Source of the DNA: Trichoplax sp. H2
Lineage: Eukaryota
Assembly (NCBI GenBank): GCA_003344405.1
Contig: NOWV01000224.1
Coordinates: 62,001-110,500, forward strand
Length of the DNA: 48,500 nt
Direction of reading: 5' to 3'
Below are positions 25,951 through 41,096 of this stretch, one piece after another; the first letter of the stretch is position 1; each line of letters opens with the position of its first letter. Below the pieces are notes generated by a model. That model saw only the letters and a list, made by a program, of their open reading frames with translations. It searched no databases and had not been told where the DNA came from. The position numbers and the translations under genes are program-made.

Positions 25951-28897
25951 TGATCGATTTATACTCGATATTGAACAATGATTTTCCATTCTCAGAAAAA
26001 TGATCAACCACCATTGCAAAAATGGCCATAAAGCGCTATAGCATACAGTATACTGTAATGGGAACATGATACAGTAAACTTGGTTGTAAATCGTATCAAT
26101 CATCAGATAGTGTGGATTGATAGAATTATTCTCGTTCACTGTCAGATATTAGCATATTGCGCTTCCATTACAGTATTGACTAACATTCGTCCAACAGGAA
26201 ATTTTGACTGATTTATCACTTTATCCCACACCATGCTGACTTGACGATACTAGTTAGAACGACAGAAATCACTTCATGTTCTTCCTCTCTCTCTCTCTAC
26301 ACACACTCTGGGGATACAGAATGCTGTCAAGAGCGTGGACAAAAAGATACCCATTGAGTGCTATCGAGCTTGCATAAGTTTGCCTTCTTGACAATCGTTG
26401 TTGTTGGATCGTGAGTGCAATAGAATACGTCCAATATCGTTCAAAGTGATTGCGTGCCATTCAATTAGGGTACATGGATGCAGTAGACATGGGCGAAAAT
26501 AGCATTCTTACTATACTTGCCCAAGTCATTGAAATTGCATTCTCCTACTTTATGAATGGTTCCGTCTCTTTGTAAAATAAAGATACCGTCACTATACTGT
26601 AGTGCCTGTCTTCTATCATGCTATTCTACTTTATAATATCCTATTTATTGAGAATTTCTCCTGAAATGCCTACTCGTCAAACGCTAAAGGATATAAGTGT
26701 TGGCTATTAATTTCATTTCATGGCTTAAAATTGCAACCAACCGACCAACTCTTCCACTCTCCTTCATGCTACAATACCCTGACAGTCTACGCTTCTTTTC
26801 CAAGACAACAATCTTGAAAATCAACCCATCCAATAGCTCTTCCCTAGCTTCAATTCAATATACTCTCGTCTTGACTACCGTTTATTCTAAATCCCCCCCC
26901 CCCCAAAAAAATCATTAGAATGCAATACTTGACCATTTTTATTCTACCATTCCGTAACACATTGGCAACAGCGAGGTATTTGTATGGCAAGTGTAGCCGC
27001 CGCCATTGAAAAGAAAGAAAAATCCATACTGTCCTTTGAGTGACAAGAAATGCTGCAATAGTGTGCATGCGCAGTGTCCACCACCTCTCCACAATACCCA
27101 AGACGAGGCATTTTCACTAGTTCATGTTTGATACAGTACTCTTGCCAGCATACAAAGACAGGAACGGCACGGCACGATCTTGCTCCACCAAGATCGTGGT
27201 GTTGGATCGGACTGTACGGATGGACATTGTCTCGGCAGATTGGCCCTTTCTCGACTTGCCTAGGAGTTGGTCAATCTGCTGGCTGATGGATGATGATTTT
27301 GGGAGATGGATTTATATTGTAAATCTGCCCCAGAATAAAATCAAATAGTCCCATTATGATAAGTCAGTGGAGTACCATGTTGGTAATGTTGTGCCAGTAA
27401 AGTAATGTATAATGCGTTGTCAAGAAATGGAAAGGAAAGAATGATACAGTCGGTAGGAACAGCTGTTTTCCCATCCACACAGTACAATCGTTGTTTAAAT
27501 ATCCACCTCAAGCTGTACAGACAATTTCCATCATGACATCAGCAAGTTCCTTCGTTAGTGGCTTTTGTAGTCAATATCCACTCATAGCAGAATACAAATA
27601 ACAAGAATGATGATCAACATACGAGCAATACCGTCATGAGTAAGGATGGTGATAAACAGAGCACAGTCAAGGGATCGACGAGGAGAACACAAACAGTCGT
27701 TGAAAATGCCTACAGACGATCAATTTGTCAACACCTCGAAATTGCCGCTTGAGTTAGCAACAAGTGCACGATTGCAAAGAGATGCAATCTCTCTTTTACC
27801 AACATCGTAGCAGTTGCAAAATACCAATCATGAGAAAAACAAGCTCATTTTGACGCCATTGACGTTACCTATTCCATGTTATTGTTATGCCTCCAGGGCG
27901 ACGTAGCTGATGTCAATATCAATAAACAGATCCATTGCTATAGTAGTTTGTACAATCTACATTCGATGTGCGTCAATGATCATTTATTATTGCAAAACAA
28001 CAAGCATTTCAATATCTTGATCAATTATACATTCTTATATTATAGGGCTTCCTTCACTGCCTAACCATTACAATCAAAGTCCTTGCCGACCCAAGCTGTG
28101 CTGGATTGAATAACAGTATTATTGACAAAAAAAAAAAAGACTTGTGCATTAATTAATTAATACGACTTAAATTGTCCACGACTGCGCTATGTTCAACTGA
28201 AAGTAATCCTACTACTGTATTGTGTCCACCGGTGTTTACCGCCTAACTACTGTACTAAGCACGGTAATATCAAGAATTGTACTTGTGCTCCAAAAGATAC
28301 AAAATCCTGCTGATTACAGTCGATTGGGTTGATCATGCTGAAATTGTACAAGTACTTGGCATACTTCTACTAACCAACTACAATAATCTTGACCTATTAC
28401 GGCCGTATCATTAATTTATTCATAACAAGGATTGCAACGCTACCGTACGCAGCGAGGATAAAAATTCAAGCGGAAGAAGAAAGAAAAAACAACTGGATAT
28501 CTTTAGTCTTTGTAAATCCATATTGAAGCAAGACAAATAGAGTACACTTGAAAGTAATCGACTCGCTTTTCCTCTCCAACACGTAGAATATGCCTGACAT
28601 CCATCTATAAAAATACAACCAGTGGAAAATCAAAGAAGCACAGCAGATACCCAAAAATATGAAATTATTCAAGCAATTTTAACGTAGTCTTTGGCTAGTA
28701 ATAATACGTATTTTCACTCTCGATACCGAAAAAATTGACTCCTTCTTTGGCTATTTTATCCTATCGAAGCATTTCAGAATTGCTAACCTTAATCACCTTT
28801 CCTCAACTTGTTGACCATTTTTTTATAATCGCTCATTTCGGCCTCGACACAAGTCTATTTATTTCCTGATAACTCTTCTATCCATTAACTGTTTTAA

Positions 28898-32388
<3,491 letters not shown>

Positions 32389-35341
32389 TCCAATTTTCAA
32401 ACTTGAGTTCTTGAGTGCAATGTAATCATTAGATATTTATCCTACACTCTGTGCTAACGTTTAACAATTTTAATAACATTTGTGCACGCCTGGAAACATA
32501 ATATGGTAGGATCGTAACTGCTTATGCCGACTTAGGCTTCTTAGTGCTATAATAATTTATTGAAATTTTTTTGCCCAGTAAATGACGTAGCAATGACGTG
32601 ATACACGCAATATAGATAGAGTAATTACTGTGGTTAAAAGTATATCATTACCTTCCTGCTTGGCAGACTGATATTCCTGTAGAGTGATGTAAAAAGATTT
32701 TGAAAGTATCTATTGTTTATTGGTTGCGTTTTTCCACTAACAATTCTCAATAACACTTGACTACGACCGAAATGAAATACAAAACAGTTATTAACAGAAA
32801 CATTTTTGTTTAATTGGCAGAATTAATATTGTACTATAATAGTGGGAATGGTCGCAATGAATAAGGATTTTTATTAACCATCCAATGAGTTAATTATTCT
32901 ACTAACTTATCTTTAACTTGGAAAACGCTTAAATGTAGACGTTGCTCTTGAATTGTTTCAATTAGCGTCTTACTTATTATTGTGAAGTTTGTAATAGGGT
33001 CAGTATTAATGACTATGCTGGATGATATATATAAGAAGTTACAATTGTATTAGGATTGACTAACCGGTTGGAGTAAGATGTTTACTGCGTTTCAGTATTT
33101 GTGTTGAATTTAGAATTGCCTGCTCAATGCGGGAGTATTTATTCCTACCCTGTAGAAGTTTTCAGTCAATTTGATAACATGTATTACGACTTTTGTCATT
33201 TATTGGCTTTGCAATCGATAATTGGCTATCATGGGTTACAACTCATTACAAGATAGATGTTACAATTTTAATTTATAATAATTACAAGTATAAGATGCTG
33301 CCCAGAGTATTAAACAGATGACTTATTTATGAATAAGCGAAAAAAGTTGCGGTTAATCAATAGTTTTCGAAATTATATTGCGACAGTGTACTTAATGCAT
33401 TTAATGATTTCTAACACTGTACAGTAATTATAAACTTGGTTATCCTTTTAATTGAATGTTCTCTTCAACAGCTAGAGGTTCTTGACAGTTGTATCTTTAA
33501 CGTATGCAATTCCATCTGGGCAATTTTCATGGTTCAAAAGAATTGCAATGATGGCTGTATTACTGTATACTAACTTGATACGATTCACTTGTATGTACTT
33601 TAATGAAATCTTGTCAATCTCTTTCTTGTTTTACACCTGTAGAACCTTGATATATGCAATAAATCACAACCTTTCATGACTTCATGATCGTATGGTATAA
33701 ATATGCGTACCTATGATCAGATTATGATTGTACCAAAACGTGCGAAATATTGTATTGTAGTCACTAAGTACAAGCGTTTTAAAATTATTTTTTAATACTG
33801 TAATAGCTACTTTAGATGTTTTGGTTCCTCTAAAGTAAACAATCAGATTATGAACATATACTGTACTGTATTAGCCTTGACAAATAGCTTTTTCGATATA
33901 ATCCAGTTCTACTTCCTATCAAAACTAACTATTGAAGCTGATCGTTATGTAATTAGAAAATTGCAAATGCAGTGCAGGCGAAAGGCGTTTCAGCGACGAG
34001 TTGTAAATTATAATAGTTTTACTAAACGAATTGAAAGAGCTCGCAAATTGTAGTGAGACTATTATTATCGAAGTATAAAACGAATAAACTTAGACTAGCA
34101 GTGAATAGATTGCGATTTACTTTATGCATTGCTATAATACACAAAATAGAGGTCGACATTTTGTTCTGAGGGTGTTCTTTACGTTGATGTAGGTGTGCTT
34201 GTACGTTATACGTCTACAATACCACCTATAATTATTATACCGTACTCGCAAGTAGATTTCCTGAATCGAGTAGCGCTGATATACGAGTATACAGTAATAT
34301 AATGCAGTGCATTCGAGGTCTATGCAATGATTTTATTCATATCGATTCTTATTGTATATTGGTAGTTAACGATTAATTAAACTTTTACAATATTGATAAT
34401 AATGTCATATCACATGTAGACCAAGTTAAGGAAGTAATTATGATTTCGTATTTGCATTAGCCATAGAGAAAGAAGAAAGTCTATGGTGTTAGCAATATCT
34501 AATAAAAATACTAATAAAGCAGTAAATGACAAGGTCAACTTGTCCAATTGCATATTCTTGAGGTATATACCGGGTAAAACTAGTTTTTAATATTTGCTAC
34601 TACTAGTCGACATTACAACTTCAATATGATTAGAAGTAACTAAAACAACAGTTGATGCGTTTACATTTTTAAAGCGATCAATGTTAATGTTAAAAAGGCT
34701 TTTTCATAACTATGTAGACTCGTATAAAAGGAAATCAGAATACATTCATACAATTGCTGATAACTACGTATATCGAATAATAATTTATTATTCCTAATTG
34801 AATAGAGATATTATAAAATGACCAGTATCTGAATCACTCTGTCTAGATGTGGTTGAATTTAACTTGATATCTTGTAGATTCTATAATTCCGGTCATCAAG
34901 TCCAATTTCTACAAATTTCTATTTTCTACGGTCTGTTACAATCTCGACAAGATGCTTCAAATCAAATTGTAATCCGAGATTTACGTAGATATCAGCTATT
35001 TCTTTGTATAGTACGATAGTTATAATCGATAGTACACTATAATATTAAGTTGATACTGAATGTTAACAAGGTTAATATATCACTTCATAATGATCCTGAG
35101 TTACTGAAAGTTTTTTGTAATCTTCTTGGTGTAATTCTTCAAGGAATTTCTTTGATGGAGTTTCCGTCAACAGATACTGTAGCCTAAAGCTACAGTCCAG
35201 AGTCAATTTTTCTGATATCAATTTAAGTCAAGTTTTTCAAATTAAAATTCTCGACATTGTATAGGGATCATCCAAATAAATATTTTGAATGAAACCTCTT
35301 TTAATCTCTTTGGTTAAATGTGGAGACCGTTAAGGGGATAA

Positions 35342-38314
35342 TTATTCGCTCGAAATTTTTGCGTGTTTGGCTTTAGATTCGAGCATAGAGGATTCTGCGT
35401 TCGGATCAGATGGCGCTGTTTCATCGGGCCAATTTGCAGGTAACTTTTCGGGTTTTTTATCACTGGAAATATTCTTAATTTTGCTCTTGATAGATGCTAT
35501 TTCCTTTGAATGGTCACCCGGCAATTCGCCAAATACCTGGAGGCTTCGATTCAAATAGTCTTTTGCTTCCTCTAGTTTTCCCTGTTCTTTGTAGGCTTCT
35601 GATAAAGAGTGTAAGATATTTGCGATATCTATCCTAGGTTCTGTATCGTAAAATGACTTCATAGTATCTAACGCATCCTTGAGGTAATTTGTAGCTTTTG
35701 GAAAATTCTTAGATTTGAGATATAAGTTACCAAGTTGATGTTTAGTGCGACCAATTTCTATGTGTCCTGAGTTGTAGATTTCGACTTTGATGCGTAATGA
35801 CTCTTCGTAATTATCAAGAGCCTTTTTATTATAGGTTTGAGCTTCGTTTTCTCGTTTACCTATCCAATCTTCACCCCATTCCTTTTTAATTGCTTTTTGA
35901 ATAGCATTTCGCTTTTTCTCCCATAACGAGGTATAAAGCGTACCTAAGTAGTGGAGTACCATCGCCTTTTTTTCATCATCTTTTCCCTTCCTCAGGACCT
36001 TTAATGCGAAATGGAAAAAATTTTTAGCTTTGTCATAATTTGATGATTTTAAGTAATAATTGCCCAATGCACAAAGGTCATCAACGTCTTTAACTGTATG
36101 TGGACTAGACAGTGATGCATTTAATTTGGTGGCATATCGCTCAGCTTCACTACATTTTTCGTTATATTTGGTGCATGCCTTCAATAAGTACCTATTATTA
36201 TTCCTAATGAGCTTAGGATCTTTTAGGTATGGCTCAGCCTTTTGTAAATAAGATTTCGATTCTTTACTGTCGTAGAGGTAGTCTAAATAAAATACTCCAA
36301 TTTTATAGAGAATCACACCAAGTACTGGTTTAAAGCTGGTAACCAAAGTTTTACCTGGAGACTTTTCCTTCAAAGCATCTAGTGCTAGCTCTTTAGCACG
36401 GATCATGTGAGGCACTAACAGTTTTACAGTTCTTAAAGCCTCTTTATCATTTCGAATGTAGGGGGAATTGTCTTTTAAGAGTTTTAAGACATTACACAGC
36501 CAAGTAGCTTGTGATCCATCCGATGCAAGTCTTTCGCGCACGACGTCTTGTATGACGCAATGAACAGATATGAACTTCCTACTTGCTTTGACTAAAGAAT
36601 ATTTTTTTAGGGTTGCAACTTCCTCATTGGTGGCTAGAAGGTTGTCAGCACCTTGAATTGACGGAACTTTTTTAAGTATCTCTCTTGGTATGTTGTTAGG
36701 GTTGAAATAGGAACAATAGTGCAATAAATCGCAAGCTGAAGATAGGCTCGCTTGTACTTCCTGAATACATAGCTCAAATGTGACATAGACAGATTCATGT
36801 TCATCTCTCTTTTCGCAAAGGGTACGATCTTTTAGCATGGGTTGCCTAGTAGATTCATATAATTGGCAGTAATCAGCGACGGAAATACTTGAGGCGCAGA
36901 TATAAACACCAGCTTGAGCAATAGCTAAGGGTAGTCTGTCCAGTGTTTCGATGAGGGTATCAATTTGTTCGTTTTGGGATTGGTCCGAAAGTTCAATCCC
37001 TGCTTCACGTTTCAGTAAGCAAACAGCATCGTCTTTATTCATGAGATCGATTGAGATTCCATTAGACCAATCTTTTGAGTTTAGGGAAGTTACGAGTACA
37101 TGAACTTTACGAGGAAGAAAGAGCTTGAGAGTTGTATAGCTCTCAGCATCATCAAAGATAAGTAAACTGTTTGGATTGTTCACAAACCAACCTTTGATTT
37201 TTTCAATTTTTTGATTTATGGAAGCTGAAGGTTGGAATAAGATGTCATGTTCTATTGCAAACTCTAGAAATTGTTCGCGTAGAGATTCTTGGCTACGAGC
37301 ATTAAACCAGGCGATGCATAAGTAATTTGATGATAAATCTGCTATCGTTTTCAAAGCTAGATAGGTTTTACCCACTCCTCCTAGACCATAAAGTGGGACA
37401 ATGACCCCTTGGCCCTTTTTCCCTTCAAATCTTTCGGAGATTGTTTGTAGATAGAGTTTATTCCCCACAAAGTTTTGCGCATCAAAATGTGGTATTCGCC
37501 ATTCCGAATCAGCCATTGGGGAATTACGGCGAAAAAGCAGTAGCAAATCTTGTGGTAATGTTTCTCGGGTAATAACACCTGAATTCACATTGAACCGGGC
37601 AGTTTCTCGGTAAATTCGATCCCAAATCCTTTTAGCATGCTCCTCTGAGGAATTTATTAAGTTGGGCAGGAGCTGGTTTAACACGCTGGCAGTATCTTTA
37701 CCCAATGAGTAATCAAAGTCAAAGGATAAGAGATTGAGGACTTTTAGGAATTTCCACAGGCGTTGGTCGGAGACTTTTGTTGATGTCAATTTATCTAGAA
37801 TCGATCGGATATTTTCAAGTCTTTTCTTCTTCTCAGTAGCATTGTGTTGAAAACGATCGATGAAATCTTCTTCATTTTCAGAACATCGAGCCCATTCAAA
37901 AATAGGCTTTAAGTGATCCACCAGAACTTGTGGTAGGGTACCGGTGATAAAGACAATTTTGTCTTTCTCAGGATTGAAATTTGTAGAGCAAAAATCGGTC
38001 CAGGCTTGCTCAAGGGCATCTTTCGTTTGCTCGTCAGACTGGGTGAAGGTTAATTTATGCTTTACTTGAGCTAAGAGTTTAACGGTTTGTTGATTGCTAT
38101 CAGAGAAATAGACAACCAGATCGTCTGTTTGAATGTGATGTCTTCTTGCTTGCAATTCGATCTTACAACAATCAGCTCTTTCCATGATCGGAAATACCCC
38201 CTTCATGAGGAAAATAGCTAGAAAATAAGCTTGAACGTTTTGCTCGAATTGGTATCCGCCGCCACCAGTTGAAAAAGGATTGGAGACTTTTTTACTATCT
38301 GAAGCAGGTAGCAT
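35342..38314 (-). CDS. Intronless nuclease-like / NB-ARC (STAND) ATPase / TPR protein, Avs-like NLR architecture (~990 aa from ATG 38314; frame open to 38413)
   Basis: N-terminal SNPFSTGGGGYQFE, TDD (38120-38128) and AQVKH (38057-38071). Walker A GLGGVGKT (37364-37387), Walker B LLIFDDAE (37142-37165), VLVTS sensor, LPLAIAQAG motif, HCVIQDVVR winged-helix motif. TPR-like helices (LCALGNYY, LHYLGTLY, KHQLGNLY, LHSLSEAY). Confidence 0.9.
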   Translation of the reverse strand: MLPASDSKKVSNPFSTGGGGYQFEQNVQAYFLAIFLMKGVFPIMERADCCKIELQARRHHIQTDDLVVYFSDSNQQTVKLLAQVKHKLTFTQSDEQTKDALEQAWTDFCSTNFNPEKDKIVFITGTLPQVLVDHLKPIFEWARCSENEEDFIDRFQHNATEKKKRLENIRSILDKLTSTKVSDQRLWKFLKVLNLLSFDFDYSLGKDTASVLNQLLPNLINSSEEHAKRIWDRIYRETARFNVNSGVITRETLPQDLLLLFRRNSPMADSEWRIPHFDAQNFVGNKLYLQTISERFEGKKGQGVIVPLYGLGGVGKTYLALKTIADLSSNYLCIAWFNARSQESLREQFLEFAIEHDILFQPSASINQKIEKIKGWFVNNPNSLLIFDDAESYTTLKLFLPRKVHVLVTSLNSKDWSNGISIDLMNKDDAVCLLKREAGIELSDQSQNEQIDTLIETLDRLPLAIAQAGVYICASSISVADYCQLYESTRQPMLKDRTLCEKRDEHESVYVTFELCIQEVQASLSSACDLLHYCSYFNPNNIPREILKKVPSIQGADNLLATNEEVATLKKYSLVKASRKFISVHCVIQDVVRERLASDGSQATWLCNVLKLLKDNSPYIRNDKEALRTVKLLVPHMIRAKELALDALKEKSPGKTLVTSFKPVLGVILYKIGVFYLDYLYDSKESKSYLQKAEPYLKDPKLIRNNNRYLLKACTKYNEKCSEAERYATKLNASLSSPHTVKDVDDLCALGNYYLKSSNYDKAKNFFHFALKVLRKGKDDEKKAMVLHYLGTLYTSLWEKKRNAIQKAIKKEWGEDWIGKRENEAQTYNKKALDNYEESLRIKVEIYNSGHIEIGRTKHQLGNLYLKSKNFPKATNYLKDALDTMKSFYDTEPRIDIANILHSLSEAYKEQGKLEEAKDYLNRSLQVFGELPGDHSKEIASIKSKIKNISSDKKPEKLPANWPDETAPSDPNAESSMLESKAKHAKISSE

Positions 38315-41096
38315 TGTTTTTTGATGTGGTCTTTTGTACCGTAGTGGATGGAGATGGTTTGTTGAAAAACTGAGATATTTGTAGTTGTTGATGATTTTGG
38401 GAAGCTCGTTCACTTGGACCTCGAGATGGTTTCATTTTTATTCCGATCAATCAATGAAAAGAGCCATGCCAGTTCTAACACAAGTATACAGACAGTATCG
38501 ATGTCTGTACAGTATATCTCAAAATCATCTAGAATGTTCCATGATATGATGATTCTAATTATTATTCAGTTGTTCATTCAGCCATCAAAAATGATCGTTG
38601 GATGACATCATCGTCATCATCCATCTTGCTATATACTGTACGGCATGTTGATGTTCTTTTCAGACGTCGAAAAAGGGAAAAAACATTCCTGAAACTAAGG
38701 TAGAATTACTGTACTTTATAGGATTATGTAAGAACAGTCGAAGGACATACTCATCTTTACTATATACTTTGCCATGCAAAAGTTGCAAAACGAAAATAAA
38801 CACACCTGAGCATTCAACCTGAGTGTTCAACTCAGGTTGAATAATTTCGAATTTCCCATATCCAACTACAGTATGCCGCTGAAAGGGCTCTACAGTACGT
38901 ACTGTAGAGTACAGTACAATATACTGCATGGTACTGTACGGTCTATTGTACTATAACGAACCAATTAGATCAGGCCAGATACACCACATGACAGCCGATG
39001 GAACTTTCATGTTATTTTCAGTCATCATTGCGGAAGTGATGGTACACTCCTTGTCCAAGCAAGTGCAATATGCCAAGTTGGAACCAAATGCACTAAAAGA
39101 TTTAAAATCTTGATTGATTTTGCTAAGGATTGGCAGATATGTTTGGACAAAAGCATTGAAGATATACAGCCGTTTTAGCGGCATTTCTGGATACTGTACA
39201 GTATATCATACTGTGGAGAAATGACTGGATCTACAGTACAGTACTACAGTGCATTGCACTGTAACGTGTACAGTACAATGCATTGTCATGGCTGCTCAAA
39301 ATTTCCCGCCAATATCCCAAAACAACTTGAACATGCCAAAACAAAGAGCGATATTGTGCTACCACCACTGAGGAGTGCCAACGACTGATGTCAGTATGAA
39401 GACTATCGGATGGACGATACAGTACCCTATCGACGACGTCTCTTCATACTAAACACGCTGACAAACTGGAATTGAGGTGCGTGGCCAGAGGTCAGTGTCG
39501 TCACGTCAGGCAAAACCAGCTTCACTCGACTACTACGGTCAACCGCTGCATTATCGTCACCCTACGAACGCGTCGAGCGAGTCCGATCGCCAAGGCAACT
39601 TTCTCCATTTCCTTCAATTTCTCCAAGCAATCTCTTCCAAAAGAAATCTTCCACTCATTTTGGATCTTTTTCATAGTTGAAAACCAATCCTTTTTAGCCT
39701 TACCATATCAAAGACAGAGGAAGAAAACATGTGGAATAATAACTGTAAGGAGAATTAGGCTTGAAGTCAAGCAAATGTAGAGTAAAGCTAGCCGACAGCA
39801 TGATCAACGTATCTTGATGTGGCCACAGGCAGTGTGTTGATCATTCGGGCAATGGATCCAAGATGGGAATCAGAATGGTCATGATACCCCAAATCATCAT
39901 TTGCAGTATATTCAACGTTGACTGATGCAATTGCGGATGGCCCGAATGAGATAGACACTGCCTGCATACGCACATCATGGAGGAGAGGCATTTGTATTGA
40001 ATTTTAACAACGTTCCTCTATTTCTTCTTTTTCTATTTTAGATAGTAATAATAACTTCAATAACTATCAGGTAAGTCAATGTCTATCAAGGAACGTATAG
40101 GTGGATAATATCTTTTGCCATCCATGATGATCATGTCATTGTAGAGCTTGTGATATCGAGAGGATATTTTCTATCTCGGTGATGATTACATCAGCCTCAA
40201 TTTAAGTGCAATTACCGCACAGTCCATACTTGAAGTTCTTCATTTCGTCATAGCACCTCTATCATGGTAATAGCATTGCACACAGGAGCGACAACAACTT
40301 CTCCATACCATTTGCTATGAACTCATCGTGCTCACTACGAGTAGATCCACATGTTACGCTAATATTTTGATCTATTGAAATAACTTGATGTTATACGCTA
40401 ATTGAATTCAGGATGATTTACTGCATTTTGGAGATACTTGGGTGCCAGACATGGCGAAAAGCGATTACTGTAACCGCTTTTGTCAAGTCCTGGTTATTGT
40501 ATAGGCCGTACCTGAGGGGATGGATGCACTCCATAAATTGAGATTGTAACTAGTAATACACATTGATCGAACAATCATAGAATTGAAAGATTGATCAGTA
40601 TTCGTGACTCTATTACTATCTTGTGCTGTAGTCCATCATACTACGCAGAATACTGCTGATAGAGCCAAGTAAAATAAGTGTATGCGCGTCTACCAATATG
40701 CTGATACACACTCGTAGACAGTACAGTAGCGTTGTACCTGCTAGAATGAAGGAATGACAGTATACAGTATGTGTATAAGGAACAAAATCATGCATATTGC
40801 ATAGTAGCTGCTGTTTAAAATCTTTGCGACAACAACGCAATGAAGCAATACTGTAGTCACTTAGAAATGGTAATGATTCTAATCATGTGCACTGTATGAT
40901 ATCCTTATGTTGCCACAGTGTGTGATTAGTTAGCAAAGGCGATCGAATGGTAGATGGAATGAGCTGTAATTGAAACGATCTGCACGGATCAAAATCCATC
41001 ATCGTTTGAAAATCTCAGTAATTGCTGTATAATCGCAGCTAAATTGCTTACTATTTAATTTCCATATGAAATGACCGTATACTGCCTTTACAGTCC

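Noticed and set aside
38315..38413. GTG start at 38413 giving 1023 aa
   Set aside because: In a eukaryotic context the first ATG (38314, A-rich context, just before the conserved SNPFSTGGGG) is more plausible.
39472..39991. GC-richer patch with overlapping short ORFs
   Set aside because: No recognisable protein in any frame examined.
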